DNA of 64,000 nucleotides from Escherichia coli (GCF_013315695.1 NZ_CP054353.1); one strand, 5' to 3'; shown: positions 52,995-63,602, counted from the first letter of the stretch. The notes: generated by a model not told the origin, from the sequence alone. A program made the numbers and translations.

Positions 52995-53228
52995 TCAGGG
53001 CTTCAAAGTTTGCCCGTCTGCGGCTGCGTTACGGCATGATTCATCCGTCAACGGAATAATAATATCTCTATATAGCGAAAGATTGGTCTTTTCATAAGGG
53101 CGCAGGTACACCACGCCTTTTCCCTGTTTCTGGTAAATATTATGTTCCGGCTCATCAAGCCGACATCCCCATGCCGATGATAAAAACAACGAACAAGACA
53201 ACAAACAAACCACATTGCGATAGTGCAT
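52995..53228 (-). CDS. Hypothetical small protein (77 aa) with hydrophobic N-terminus, upstream of cyaY
   Basis: ORF 52995-53258; ATG at 53228 preceded by AGGA RBS; N-terminus MHYRNVVCLLSCSLFLSSAWGC resembles a signal peptide. Confidence 0.4.
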   Translation of the reverse strand: MHYRNVVCLLSCSLFLSSAWGCRLDEPEHNIYQKQGKGVVYLRPYEKTNLSLYRDIIIPLTDESCRNAAADGQTLKP

Positions 53229-53416
53229 AAAGCCATCCTGGCGCGAGGTGCCGATCACGAAACTACCAGCAAAACATAAATCGCCACGTGTAAGCGTTAT
53301 ACTCGCAGCATTTCCTCACTTTTCAGACTTCATAAAGAGTCGCTAAACGCTTGCTTTTACGCCTTCTCCTGCGATGATAGAAAGCAGAAAGCGATGAACT
53401 TTACAGGCAATCCATA

Positions 53417-53620
53417 ATGAAAAACGTGTTTAAGGCACTCACTGTATTACTTACTCTCTTCAGCCTGACGGGCTGCGGTCTGAAAGGTCCGCTCTATTTC
53501 CCGCCTGCAGATAAAAACGCACCGCCGCCGACCAAACCGGTAGAGACGCAAACGCAATCCACAGTGCCGGATAAAAACGACCGCGCCACTGGCGATGGTC
53601 CATCCCAGGTGAATTACTAA
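53417..53620 (+). CDS. yifL: Small lipoprotein YifL
   Basis: 67-aa ORF with lipobox LTGC (MKNVFKALTVLLTLFSLTGCGLKG...). Confidence 0.9.
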   Translation: MKNVFKALTVLLTLFSLTGCGLKGPLYFPPADKNAPPPTKPVETQTQSTVPDKNDRATGDGPSQVNY

Positions 53621-53656
53621 AAGTCAGTTTCTGTACCCGCGTGATTGGAGTAAATG

Positions 53657-54481
53657 ATGCAGTTCTCGAAAATGCATGGCCTTGGCAACGATTTTATGGT
53701 CGTCGACGCGGTAACGCAGAATGTCTTTTTTTCACCGGAGCTGATTCGTCGCCTGGCGGATCGGCACCTGGGGGTAGGGTTTGACCAGCTGCTGGTGGTT
53801 GAGCCGCCGTATGATCCTGAACTGGATTTTCACTATCGCATTTTCAATGCTGATGGCAGTGAAGTGGCGCAGTGCGGCAACGGTGCGCGCTGCTTTGCCC
53901 GTTTTGTGCGCCTGAAAGGGCTGACTAATAAGCGCGATATCCGCGTCAGCACCGCCAACGGGCGGATGGTTCTGACCGTCACCGATGATGATCTGGTTCG
54001 CGTAAACATGGGCGAGCCCAACTTCGAACCTTCCGCTGTGCCGTTTCGCGCTAACAAAGCGGAAAAGACCTATATTATGCGCGCCGCCGAGCAGACAATC
54101 TTATGCGGCGTGGTGTCGATGGGAAATCCGCACTGCGTGATTCAGGTTGATGATGTCGATACTGCAGCGGTAGAAACGCTTGGTCCTGTTCTGGAAAGCC
54201 ACGAACGTTTCCCGGAGCGCGCCAATATCGGTTTTATGCAAGTGGTTAAGCGCGAGCATATTCGTTTACGCGTTTATGAGCGTGGGGCAGGAGAAACCCA
54301 GGCCTGCGGCAGCGGCGCGTGTGCGGCGGTGGCGGTAGGGATTCAGCAAGGTTTGCTGGCCGAAGAAGTACGCGTGGAACTCCCCGGCGGTCGTCTTGAT
54401 ATCGCCTGGAAAGGTCCGGGTCACCCGTTATATATGACTGGCCCGGCGGTACATGTCTACGACGGATTTATTCATCTATGA
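53657..54481 (+). CDS. dapF: Diaminopimelate epimerase
   Basis: ORF 53654-54481; second ATG gives [19 protein letters not shown]... (274 aa). Confidence 0.95.
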
Positions 54482-55185
54482 AGCAACCAGGGGAAGAACT
54501 GCAGGAAACACTCACGGAGCTTGATGACCGGGCGGTTGTCGATTATCTGATTAAAAATCCTGAGTTTTTTATCCGCAATGCGCGCGCAGTTGAAGCGATA
54601 CGTGTGCCGCATCCGGTACGCGGCACCGTTTCGTTGGTCGAATGGCACATGGCCCGTGCACGTAATCATATTCATGTTCTGGAAGAGAACATGGCGCTGT
54701 TGATGGAACAGGCTATCGCCAACGAAGGCCTGTTTTATCGCTTACTCTACTTGCAGCGTAGTCTCACCGCCGCCAGCAGTCTCGACGATATGCTGATGCG
54801 CTTTCACCGCTGGGCGCGCGATCTCGGCCTGGCGGGTGCGAGCCTGCGCCTGTTCCCGGATCGCTGGCGTTTAGGTGCGCCGTCGAACCACACTCATCTG
54901 GCATTAAGCCGTCAGTCTTTCGAACCGCTGCGTATTCAGCGTCTGGGGCAGGAACAGCACTATCTGGGGCCGCTTAACGGACCGGAGCTTCTGGTGGTGC
55001 TACCGGAAGCGAAAGCGGTGGGATCGGTGGCGATGTCGATGCTGGGAAGCGATGCTGATTTGGGTGTTGTGTTGTTTACCAGTCGCGATGCCAGTCACTA
55101 TCAACAAGGGCAGGGAACGCAGTTACTTCATGAAATTGCGCTGATGTTGCCGGAGCTTCTGGAGCGTTGGATTGAACGCGTATGA
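54478..55185 (+). CDS. yigA: DUF484 protein YigA
   Basis: 235-aa ORF, stop/start overlaps with dapF and xerC. Confidence 0.9.
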
Positions 55186-56078
55186 CCGATTTACACACCG
55201 ATGTAGAACGCTACCTACGTTATCTGAGCGTGGAGCGTCAGCTTAGCCCGATAACCCTACTTAACTATCAGCGTCAGCTTGAGGCGATCATCAATTTTGC
55301 CAGTGAAAACGGCCTGCAAAGCTGGCAGCAATGTGATGTGACGATGGTGCGCAATTTCGCTGTACGCAGCCGCCGTAAAGGGCTGGGAGCTGCAAGTCTG
55401 GCGTTACGGCTTTCTGCGCTACGTAGCTTTTTTGACTGGCTGGTCAGCCAGAACGAACTCAAAGCCAACCCGGCGAAAGGTGTTTCGGCACCGAAAGCGC
55501 CGCGTCATCTGCCGAAAAACATCGACGTCGATGATATGAATCGGCTGCTGGATATTGATATCAACGATCCCCTCGCTGTACGCGACCGTGCAATGCTGGA
55601 AGTGATGTACGGCGCGGGTCTGCGTCTTTCCGAGCTGGTGGGGCTGGATATCAAACACCTCGACCTGGAGTCTGGTGAAGTGTGGGTGATGGGAAAAGGC
55701 AGCAAAGAGCGCCGCCTGCCGATTGGTCGCAACGCTGTGGCGTGGATTGAGCACTGGCTTGATTTGCGCGACCTGTTTGGTAGCGAAGACGACGCGCTTT
55801 TTCTGTCGAAACTGGGCAAGCGTATCTCCGCGCGTAATGTGCAGAAACGCTTTGCCGAATGGGGCATCAAACAAGGGCTGAATAATCACGTTCACCCGCA
55901 TAAATTACGTCACTCGTTCGCTACGCATATGCTGGAGTCGAGCGGCGATCTTCGTGGTGTGCAGGAGCTGCTGGGTCATGCCAACCTCTCCACCACGCAA
56001 ATCTATACTCATCTTGATTTTCAACACCTTGCCTCGGTGTACGATGCGGCGCATCCACGTGCCAAACGGGGGAAATAA
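55182..56078 (+). CDS. xerC: Tyrosine site-specific recombinase XerC
   Basis: 298-aa ORF with R..HxxR..Y catalytic signature ([12 protein letters not shown]...[14 protein letters not shown]). Confidence 0.96.
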
Positions 56079-56794
56079 TGCGTTTTTACCGGCCTTTGGG
56101 GCGCATCTCGGCGCTCACCTTTGACCTGGATGATACCCTTTACGATAACCGTCCGGTGATTTTGCGCACTGAGCGAGAGGCGCTTACCTTTGTGCAAAAT
56201 TATCATCCGGCGCTGCGCAGCTTCCAGAATGAAGATCTGCAACGCCTGCGCCAGGCGGTACGGGAAGCGGAACCCGAGATTTATCACGACGTGACGCGCT
56301 GGCGTTTTCGTTCGATTGAACAAGCCATGCTCGACGCCGGGCTGAGTGCCGAAGAAGCCAGTGCAGGCGCACACGCAGCAATGATCAACTTTGCCAAATG
56401 GCGCAGCCGAATCGATGTCCCGCAGCAAACCCACGACACCTTAAAACAGCTGGCGAAGAAATGGCCGCTGGTGGCGATCACCAACGGTAACGCCCAGCCG
56501 GAGCTGTTTGGTTTAGGGGATTATTTTGAGTTTGTGTTGCGCGCTGGCCCGCACGGGCGCTCAAAACCGTTCAGCGATATGTACTTCCTGGCGGCGGAAA
56601 AACTCAACGTGCCGATCGGCGAGATCTTACATGTCGGGGACGATCTCACCACTGACGTGGGTGGGGCAATTCGCAGCGGAATGCAGGCCTGTTGGATCAG
56701 ACCGGAAAATGGCGATCTGATGCATACCTGGGACAGCCGTTTACTCCCGCATCTGGAAATTTCCCGGTTGGCATCTCTGACCTCGCTGATATAA
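56078..56794 (+). CDS. yigB: HAD-family FMN phosphatase YigB
   Basis: 238-aa ORF with N-terminal FDLDDTL HAD motif. Confidence 0.93.
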   Translation: MRFYRPLGRISALTFDLDDTLYDNRPVILRTEREALTFVQNYHPALRSFQNEDLQRLRQAVREAEPEIYHDVTRWRFRSIEQAMLDAGLSAEEASAGAHAAMINFAKWRSRIDVPQQTHDTLKQLAKKWPLVAITNGNAQPELFGLGDYFEFVLRAGPHGRSKPFSDMYFLAAEKLNVPIGEILHVGDDLTTDVGGAIRSGMQACWIRPENGDLMHTWDSRLLPHLEISRLASLTSLI

Positions 56795-56819
56795 TCAGCA
56801 AATCTGTATATATACCCAG
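56790..56819 (+). promoter_or_regulatory. uvrD promoter -10 (TATAAT 56790-56795) with overlapping LexA SOS box (CTGTATATATACCCAG 56804-56819)
   Basis: CTGT-N8-CAG palindrome-like LexA operator about 60 nt upstream of the uvrD ATG. Confidence 0.8.
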
Positions 56820-56877
56820 CTTTTTGGCGGAGGGCGTTGCGCTTCTCCGCCCAACCTATTTTTACGCGGCGGTGCCA

Positions 56878-59040
56878 ATGGACGTTTCTTACCTGCTCGA
56901 CAGCCTTAATGACAAACAGCGCGAAGCGGTGGCCGCGCCACGCAGCAACCTTCTGGTGCTGGCGGGCGCGGGCAGTGGTAAGACGCGCGTACTGGTGCAT
57001 CGTATCGCCTGGCTGATGAGCGTGGAAAACTGCTCGCCATACTCGATTATGGCGGTAACGTTTACCAACAAAGCGGCGGCGGAGATGCGTCATCGTATCG
57101 GGCAGCTGATGGGCACCAGCCAGGGCGGCATGTGGGTCGGCACCTTCCACGGGCTGGCGCACCGTCTGCTGCGTGCGCACCATATGGACGCCAATCTGCC
57201 GCAGGATTTTCAGATCCTCGACAGCGAGGACCAGCTACGCCTGCTCAAACGCCTAATCAAGGCGATGAACCTCGACGAGAAGCAGTGGCCGCCGCGCCAG
57301 GCAATGTGGTACATCAACAGCCAGAAAGATGAAGGCCTGCGTCCACATCATATTCAAAGCTACGGTAATCCGGTGGAGCAGACCTGGCAGAAGGTGTATC
57401 AGGCGTATCAGGAAGCGTGTGACCGCGCGGGCCTGGTGGACTTCGCCGAGCTGCTGCTACGTGCTCACGAGTTGTGGCTTAACAAACCGCATATCCTTCA
57501 GCACTATCGCGAACGGTTTACCAATATCCTGGTGGACGAATTCCAGGATACCAACAACATTCAGTATGCGTGGATCCGCCTGCTGGCGGGCGATACCGGC
57601 AAAGTGATGATCGTTGGCGATGACGATCAGTCAATCTACGGCTGGCGCGGAGCGCAGGTGGAGAATATTCAGCGTTTCCTCAATGATTTCCCCGGTGCTG
57701 AAACTATCCGTCTGGAGCAGAACTACCGCTCTACCAGCAATATTCTGAGCGCCGCGAACGCCCTGATTGAAAACAACAACGGGCGTTTGGGTAAAAAACT
57801 GTGGACCGATGGCGCGGATGGTGAGCCTATTTCCCTCTATTGCGCTTTTAACGAACTCGATGAAGCGCGTTTTGTGGTTAACCGTATCAAAACCTGGCAG
57901 GACAACGGCGGGGCGCTTGCCGAGTGCGCCATTCTCTACCGCAGCAACGCCCAGTCGCGTGTGCTGGAAGAAGCACTGTTACAGGCAAGTATGCCGTACC
58001 GTATTTACGGCGGGATGCGCTTCTTCGAACGCCAGGAAATCAAAGACGCGCTCTCGTATCTGCGCCTGATTGCCAACCGCAACGACGACGCGGCCTTTGA
58101 GCGTGTGGTTAATACGCCAACGCGGGGTATTGGTGACCGGACGCTGGACGTGGTACGTCAGACATCGCGTGATCGCCAGTTAACACTCTGGCAGGCATGT
58201 CGTGAACTGTTGCAGGAAAAAGCCCTCGCCGGACGTGCTGCCAGTGCCTTACAGCGGTTTATGGAACTGATCGACGCCTTAGCGCAGGAAACTGCCGATA
58301 TGCCGCTGCATGTACAGACTGACCGGGTAATTAAAGACTCCGGCTTGCGCACCATGTACGAGCAGGAGAAGGGCGAAAAAGGTCAGACGCGTATCGAAAA
58401 CCTGGAGGAACTGGTGACGGCAACGCGCCAGTTCAGCTACAACGAAGAAGACGAAGATTTAATGCCGCTGCAGGCATTCCTCTCCCATGCGGCGCTGGAA
58501 GCGGGCGAGGGGCAGGCGGATACCTGGCAGGACGCGGTGCAGTTGATGACGCTACACTCGGCGAAAGGCCTGGAGTTCCCGCAGGTGTTTATCGTTGGTA
58601 TGGAAGAGGGCATGTTCCCAAGCCAGATGTCGCTGGATGAAGGCGGACGTCTGGAAGAAGAACGCCGTCTGGCCTACGTTGGCGTAACCCGCGCGATGCA
58701 GAAACTGACGCTGACCTACGCGGAAACTCGCCGTCTGTATGGCAAAGAGGTTTACCATCGCCCGTCGCGCTTTATCGGTGAGTTGCCGGAAGAGTGTGTG
58801 GAAGAGGTGCGCCTGCGCGCTACGGTAAGCCGCCCGGTCAGCCATCAACGGATGGGTACGCCGATGGTCGAGAACGACAGCGGCTACAAGCTCGGCCAGC
58901 GCGTACGCCACGCTAAGTTTGGTGAAGGCACCATCGTCAATATGGAAGGCAGCGGCGAGCATAGCCGTTTGCAGGTGGCATTCCAGGGCCAGGGTATTAA
59001 ATGGCTGGTGGCGGCTTATGCCCGACTGGAGACGGTGTAA
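56878..59040 (+). CDS. uvrD: DNA helicase II UvrD
   Basis: ORF 56692-59040; start at the ATG giving MDVSYLLDSLNDKQREAVAAP... (720 aa). Confidence 0.96.
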   Translation: MDVSYLLDSLNDKQREAVAAPRSNLLVLAGAGSGKTRVLVHRIAWLMSVENCSPYSIMAVTFTNKAAAEMRHRIGQLMGTSQGGMWVGTFHGLAHRLLRAHHMDANLPQDFQILDSEDQLRLLKRLIKAMNLDEKQWPPRQAMWYINSQKDEGLRPHHIQSYGNPVEQTWQKVYQAYQEACDRAGLVDFAELLLRAHELWLNKPHILQHYRERFTNILVDEFQDTNNIQYAWIRLLAGDTGKVMIVGDDDQSIYGWRGAQVENIQRFLNDFPGAETIRLEQNYRSTSNILSAANALIENNNGRLGKKLWTDGADGEPISLYCAFNELDEARFVVNRIKTWQDNGGALAECAILYRSNAQSRVLEEALLQASMPYRIYGGMRFFERQEIKDALSYLRLIANRNDDAAFERVVNTPTRGIGDRTLDVVRQTSRDRQLTLWQACRELLQEKALAGRAASALQRFMELIDALAQETADMPLHVQTDRVIKDSGLRTMYEQEKGEKGQTRIENLEELVTATRQFSYNEEDEDLMPLQAFLSHAALEAGEGQADTWQDAVQLMTLHSAKGLEFPQVFIVGMEEGMFPSQMSLDEGGRLEEERRLAYVGVTRAMQKLTLTYAETRRLYGKEVYHRPSRFIGELPEECVEEVRLRATVSRPVSHQRMGTPMVENDSGYKLGQRVRHAKFGEGTIVNMEGSGEHSRLQVAFQGQGIKWLVAAYARLETV

Positions 59041-59059
59041 TTTACAACTCCGTTGCAGG

Positions 59060-59080
59060 ATGCGGTGCGCCACACCGCAT
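59060..59080. terminator. Inverted repeat between convergent uvrD and the downstream minus-strand gene (possible terminator, no clear U-run)
   Basis: ATGCGGTG CGCCA CACCGCAT. Confidence 0.35.
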
Positions 59081-59094
59081 TCGGCATCAGCACC

Positions 59095-59997
59095 TTACTT
59101 AGCGCACTTCTTCACATCAATATTCCAGTCAGCACCAGACGCAACCTGATGTTTCTGCGCAAAATTATCCATATTCAGCGCCACGGAAACATTCAATAAG
59201 CTGTTCAGATACACCATCGGCTGGCCTTCCGGCACATCGCCGAAGCTTGCGACATATGGCATTTTCCCTGCGTATTTTTGCTGGGAACCTTCGGAAATGG
59301 TCACACACAACGTGTCGTTGAGTTTGATTCCTGCCTGATTCAGCAACTCGTCGCTGATATTGCTCCAGACGTTGCCGTACTGAATATCGAGAATTGGGAT
59401 ATTGCCCTTCACTTCACCTTTTGTTGCTTTTGCTTTCTGATAAGAAAGTTCGACAACTTTTGCAGGAAGCTCTGGCCCCACCTGTTCGAACGTGATCACT
59501 CCGGAAGCCAGACGCGCACCGGTGTAGGCATATACATCGCGACCATGGAAGGTATATGACTTTTCAGAACCTTTCAGGCGGTTAGCTTTTTCGTCGATTT
59601 CCCGGACGCTATCAATACCCAGAGTTTGTGCCACCAAAGTGAGCGTACCGTTATCTGGTGAAACGAAGTATTGACCGTTTTTGGTTTTCAGCACTACCGA
59701 TTTACGGTCAGTGCCTACGCCCGGATCGACCACGCTAACCAACACCGAACCTTGCGGCCAGTAACTGGCAGTCTGATACAGGCGATAAGCGCCTTCCCAG
59801 ATGTTATACGGTGGAATTTCGTGTGTTAAATCAAAGATTTTAAGATTATGGTCAACGCCGAATGCGACCCCTTTCATCGCCGAGACGGCACCATCTTTCA
59901 GGCTAAAATCAGTTTGTAAAATCAAAGCGTTATCCGCATAGGCGGATGATGATCCCAGACACGTTAATAAAAATAACGTTGCGAGCGTTTTTTTCAT
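59095..59997 (-). CDS. Secreted SAM hydroxide adenosyltransferase-family protein (DUF62; fluorinase/chlorinase-type fold) with N-terminal Sec signal peptide
   Basis: 300-aa ORF, ATG with AAGGGA RBS; signal peptide MKKTLATLFLLTCLGSSSAYA; blocks LTHEIPPYNIWEGA, VDPGVGTDRKSVV, SPDNGTLT, IQYGNVWSNI, QPMVYLNS align with SalL/FlA-type proteins. Confidence 0.8.
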   Translation of the reverse strand: MKKTLATLFLLTCLGSSSAYADNALILQTDFSLKDGAVSAMKGVAFGVDHNLKIFDLTHEIPPYNIWEGAYRLYQTASYWPQGSVLVSVVDPGVGTDRKSVVLKTKNGQYFVSPDNGTLTLVAQTLGIDSVREIDEKANRLKGSEKSYTFHGRDVYAYTGARLASGVITFEQVGPELPAKVVELSYQKAKATKGEVKGNIPILDIQYGNVWSNISDELLNQAGIKLNDTLCVTISEGSQQKYAGKMPYVASFGDVPEGQPMVYLNSLLNVSVALNMDNFAQKHQVASGADWNIDVKKCAK

Positions 59998-60508
59998 TTT
60001 TGTTTCCCTTCATTTATCTGATGATTTTCCAGCTGTGTAGCCAGTCCCAGTTTGTCTGGCCTCCTCGAGTGTACAATGCTTAACCTTTCCGCTCGACGGA
60101 AATCATGGTGACAAAAGGATAGCGTTGCCACGGGATTGCCCCGCCTTTCATATACATATGTGAAATTGTGCCATCAAGATAAAGCAGCTGCTCAACGTTC
60201 AGTTTCGCTTTGGCATAGCAGGCAAAATCATAAAAATTTGTCGCCTGCTGGCTCAACAAAAACACGGCGTTCCCTTGTTTATTAATCCCTACACCGTTAC
60301 GAATTTTACGCGAGGCGACGTTGGGATGAATACGCGGATTAATTACACCGTTTTCCATCAACAATGGCCCTGACTGCACCGCAAACTGAATCTCTTTACT
60401 GGTTTTAAAGGCATCCAGACGAACGATGCCGACTTTATCTCCCGCGACATAAAACACGCCGCCAGGACGAATAAAGAAATTCCCTTCACCTGAAGCGAAA
60501 TTTAACGC

Positions 60509-60520
60509 CACCTTCTGCTG
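60509..60520. repeat. IS4 target-site duplication, left copy (CACCTTCTGCTG)
   Basis: Identical 12-mer immediately flanks both IS4 ends. Confidence 0.9.
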
Positions 60521-61946
60521 TAATGCCAGTCAGTTAAGCAACTGACTGGCTCTTTTTCGGGGCTGTGGGGTATTTCCAGGGCCTCTCCTTTACCACTCTC
60601 GGGAAGGCCCTTTCCCTTCTTGTCGGTAATTTCACAAGTTGTCCCATACTTGCAAGATCGCGCATCAGCTCCGGTATACGTCCCGGTGAAGCGCCCTGCA
60701 ATGTCATCAGCATTCTCATCACCATTCCGCATGATTCTGAGAAACTCAGTTGATTCGGCCAGTAACCTTTCAGATGTTCCGCCATTTTAATCATCTGATA
60801 TCTCACCAGATTATAAGCCAGTAAGACACCCCACAGCTCTTGCTCCACAAGCTCCGGTTTTTTACTTCTCAGCGTCAGCCTGCTCAGTTGCATCGTCTGT
60901 TTTATCTCCCTGTATCCCAGTTCGATTTCCCAGCGATGACTGTACAGATCCGCCATTTCTCCTCCGGGGAAGCGCATGGCGTCCGTCATCGACGTCAGCA
61001 GATGGCAGACTTTTCCTTTGCGCGTCACGGTCAGCAGGCGGGCTGTCACTTCATTTCCCAGTCCCGGCCACTTTTTTCGTGCCTGCGGGCTGGTTTTCAG
61101 CTTCACCAGATGATCGCCTTTACCCAGTTTTCTGATCTCTTCATATTGCGCTCCCTTTCTGAGAGGTATCATCCAGTGGCGGTGTTCTCCCGCCAGGCTC
61201 CAGGCATTTAACAGTCCCAGTGAGTAATAACCTTTATCCATTAACGTCAGAGTGTTATCGCCGGTTTGTTCTATAAGTTGCTCAGCAAGCTCATTTTCGC
61301 TGTTCTTCATCGTGCCGAAGGCTGCAGCCGTCAGCAGATGGCTGGTCAGTTCCATCTGGCAGACCATTTTGACCTGCGGGTAGAGCGCCGGGTTCCCGGC
61401 ATGTGTCTGGCGGGGGAAGGCTGCATCGTTCTCTGGTGTATCCGGTGTGCGCCAGAACACACCATCGATGGCCAGCAGGGTCAGGCCGCACCAGTGCGGA
61501 TGCGGCGTGGCGTTATGCCAGAGCTGCGCTGTTTTCGTGAACACGCGGCGGACAGCCTCACTTCCCAGGCGCTGGCGGGCCTGAATAACGGCACTGGGGG
61601 CAACGAAGGGGCGATTGCCCGGCAGCATGATGTCCAGGCGATTCACAATCTGGTGAAGAGGTTCTTTACGCTCAAGCGCCATGCCAACAATACACCAGAC
61701 CATCATTTCGAGGGGAAGACGGCGCTTGCGTAGCGTTACAGTACCTGATTCGGCAAGGCAACGAGAGATGAGTTCGGGGTCGAGGTAATCCCCCAGAGAA
61801 GTCAGTGGGTTACGCAGAGAATCGTAACGGGATACCAGATCAAGAGCCTGTCCAATGTGCATAAAAAAATCCGGAAACAAGTGAGCGTTTCCGGATTCTT
61901 ACACAGCCACTGGATCGGTCAACTGATCCTTAACTGATCGGCATTA
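60521..61946 (-). mobile_element. Insertion sequence IS4, complete (1426 bp)
   Basis: Terminal inverted repeats TAATGCCAGTCAGTTAAG... and ...CCTTAACTGATCGGCATTA; single transposase ORF; flanked by a perfect 12-bp direct repeat. Confidence 0.95.
60534..61862 (-). CDS. insG: IS4 transposase (DDE family)
   Basis: ORF 60534-61880; ATG at 61862 gives [20 protein letters not shown]... (442 aa). Confidence 0.95.
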   Translation of the reverse strand: MHIGQALDLVSRYDSLRNPLTSLGDYLDPELISRCLAESGTVTLRKRRLPLEMMVWCIVGMALERKEPLHQIVNRLDIMLPGNRPFVAPSAVIQARQRLGSEAVRRVFTKTAQLWHNATPHPHWCGLTLLAIDGVFWRTPDTPENDAAFPRQTHAGNPALYPQVKMVCQMELTSHLLTAAAFGTMKNSENELAEQLIEQTGDNTLTLMDKGYYSLGLLNAWSLAGEHRHWMIPLRKGAQYEEIRKLGKGDHLVKLKTSPQARKKWPGLGNEVTARLLTVTRKGKVCHLLTSMTDAMRFPGGEMADLYSHRWEIELGYREIKQTMQLSRLTLRSKKPELVEQELWGVLLAYNLVRYQMIKMAEHLKGYWPNQLSFSESCGMVMRMLMTLQGASPGRIPELMRDLASMGQLVKLPTRRERAFPRVVKERPWKYPTAPKKSQSVA

Positions 61947-61958
61947 CACCTTCTGCTG
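61947..61958. repeat. IS4 target-site duplication, right copy (CACCTTCTGCTG)
   Basis: Identical 12-mer immediately flanks both IS4 ends. Confidence 0.9.
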
Positions 61959-62651
61959 ACCGTTTTCGATGTACAAACCGAGCGGCGCATAGCTTTCATC
62001 ATAGATGCCGCCGTTCATCGCCATCTGCACCTGACCCTGACTATTCATATCCGCCAGCAGAGCATGTAACGTTCCCCACGCTTCGCCATTGGCTTTTTGC
62101 CAGTACATTTTCACCCGCTCTGTTTGAGGATTAACGGTATACGCCTGTACGGTCAGCGTCGGATCTGAGAGTGCGCAATCTTCAGCGGCAACAGCAAACA
62201 AGGGAAGTAAGGTGAGGGTGAGAAAAATCCGTTTGAGATTCAAGGTGATCATTCCTTTACCAATGAGTAGCCGATGCGCCATTATAGGTCCTGGATGTGG
62301 GATTTTTTTATCCTGTTAGCGACCTTGACGAGTACCAAAAAGCGCGAAGTTCAACTATTGTTCTGTGGTGTTCTGTTGCGTGTTGACGGCAAAATTTTGC
62401 TGGCGTAACATGCGCGCACGATCACTCTAAGAGGACATTCGCCTTGGACACACCCAGTAGATACTGGCTCACTATCCTGTCATCCAGGATCAACTCCTAA
62501 GGCTATCCCTTTTTGCTGATAGCCTTAGCGGTTGTCAGCGACCTCAATTTTTCCCGTCGCGCTGAGTCAGGCTGTTTAATGGTCTGAAACCCAATTTGTT
62601 TCTGTGTGCCCACCGAACTGTCCGATATTTTAAGCATTGGGAGTCCCGGTC

Positions 62652-63602
62652 ATGCTGAGCGCATTTCAACTGGAAAATAACCGACTGACCCGGCTGGAAG
62701 TCGAAGAGTCACAACCCCTTGTAAATGCAGTATGGATTGATCTTGTCGAACCGGACGACGACGAGCGACTGCGCGTACAATCTGAACTTGGTCAGAGCCT
62801 GGCAACCCGCCCGGAACTGGAAGACATCGAAGCATCGGCACGTTTCTTTGAAGACGATGACGGCCTGCATATTCACTCCTTCTTCTTCTTTGAAGATGCG
62901 GAAGATCACGCCGGTAACTCCACTGTGGCATTTACCATCCGTGATGGTCGTCTGTTTACTTTGCGTGAGCGTGAACTGCCCGCTTTTCGTCTGTATCGTA
63001 TGCGTGCCCGTAGCCAGTCGATGGTAGACGGTAACGCCTACGAGCTGCTGTTGGATCTGTTCGAAACCAAAATCGAACAGCTGGCAGATGAAATTGAAAA
63101 TATCTATAGCGACTTGGAGCAGTTGAGCCGGGTGATTATGGAAGGGCATCAGGGCGATGAGTATGACGAAGCGCTCTCTACGCTGGCGGAACTGGAAGAT
63201 ATCGGCTGGAAAGTTCGCCTGTGTCTGATGGATACCCAGCGTGCGCTCAACTTCCTGGTACGCAAGGCGCGTTTACCGGGTGGGCAACTGGAGCAGGCGC
63301 GTGAAATCCTGCGAGATATCGAATCCCTGCTGCCGCATAACGAATCCCTGTTCCAGAAGGTGAACTTCCTGATGCAGGCGGCGATGGGCTTTATCAATAT
63401 CGAGCAGAACCGCATCATCAAAATCTTCTCGGTGGTATCCGTGGTGTTCCTGCCGCCAACGCTGGTTGCTTCCAGCTACGGGATGAACTTTGAGTTTATG
63501 CCAGAACTGAAGTGGAGTTTCGGCTACCCAGGCGCGATTATCTTTATGATCCTCGCGGGCCTGGCACCGTATCTGTACTTTAAGCGGAAGAACTGGTTGT
63601 AA
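62652..63602 (+). CDS. corA: Magnesium/cobalt transport protein CorA
   Basis: ORF 62637-63602; start at the ATG giving [20 protein letters not shown]...; C-terminal YGMNF motif; 316 aa. Confidence 0.96.
   Translation: MLSAFQLENNRLTRLEVEESQPLVNAVWIDLVEPDDDERLRVQSELGQSLATRPELEDIEASARFFEDDDGLHIHSFFFFEDAEDHAGNSTVAFTIRDGRLFTLRERELPAFRLYRMRARSQSMVDGNAYELLLDLFETKIEQLADEIENIYSDLEQLSRVIMEGHQGDEYDEALSTLAELEDIGWKVRLCLMDTQRALNFLVRKARLPGGQLEQAREILRDIESLLPHNESLFQKVNFLMQAAMGFINIEQNRIIKIFSVVSVVFLPPTLVASSYGMNFEFMPELKWSFGYPGAIIFMILAGLAPYLYFKRKNWL

Larger units (their letters stand above)
60080..62282 (-). pseudogene. yigE: yigE (DUF2233-family secreted protein) interrupted by IS4
   Basis: N-terminal 112 codons (62282-61947) and C-terminal 146 codons (60520-60083) reconstitute a single 254-aa frame once IS4 and one copy of the 12-bp duplication are removed. 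Confidence 0.85.

Noticed and set aside
56521-57183. 220-aa minus-strand ORF overlapping the yigB end and uvrD start
   Set aside because: Runs antisense through the uvrD promoter/LexA box and two real genes; arginine-rich low-complexity product
58552-59073. 173-aa minus-strand ORF antisense to the uvrD 3-prime end
   Set aside because: Shadow ORF within uvrD
60502-61733. Plus-strand ORFs inside IS4 (60565-60753, 60840-61211, 61266-61733)
   Set aside because: Antisense to the intact IS4 transposase; IS4 is known to encode a single transposase
59095-62651. Possibility that the uvrD-corA interval is a larger horizontally acquired island or prophage remnant
   Set aside because: Only IS4 has mobile-element hallmarks; the two flanking genes have host-like composition and there is no integrase, att-like repeat or tRNA junction
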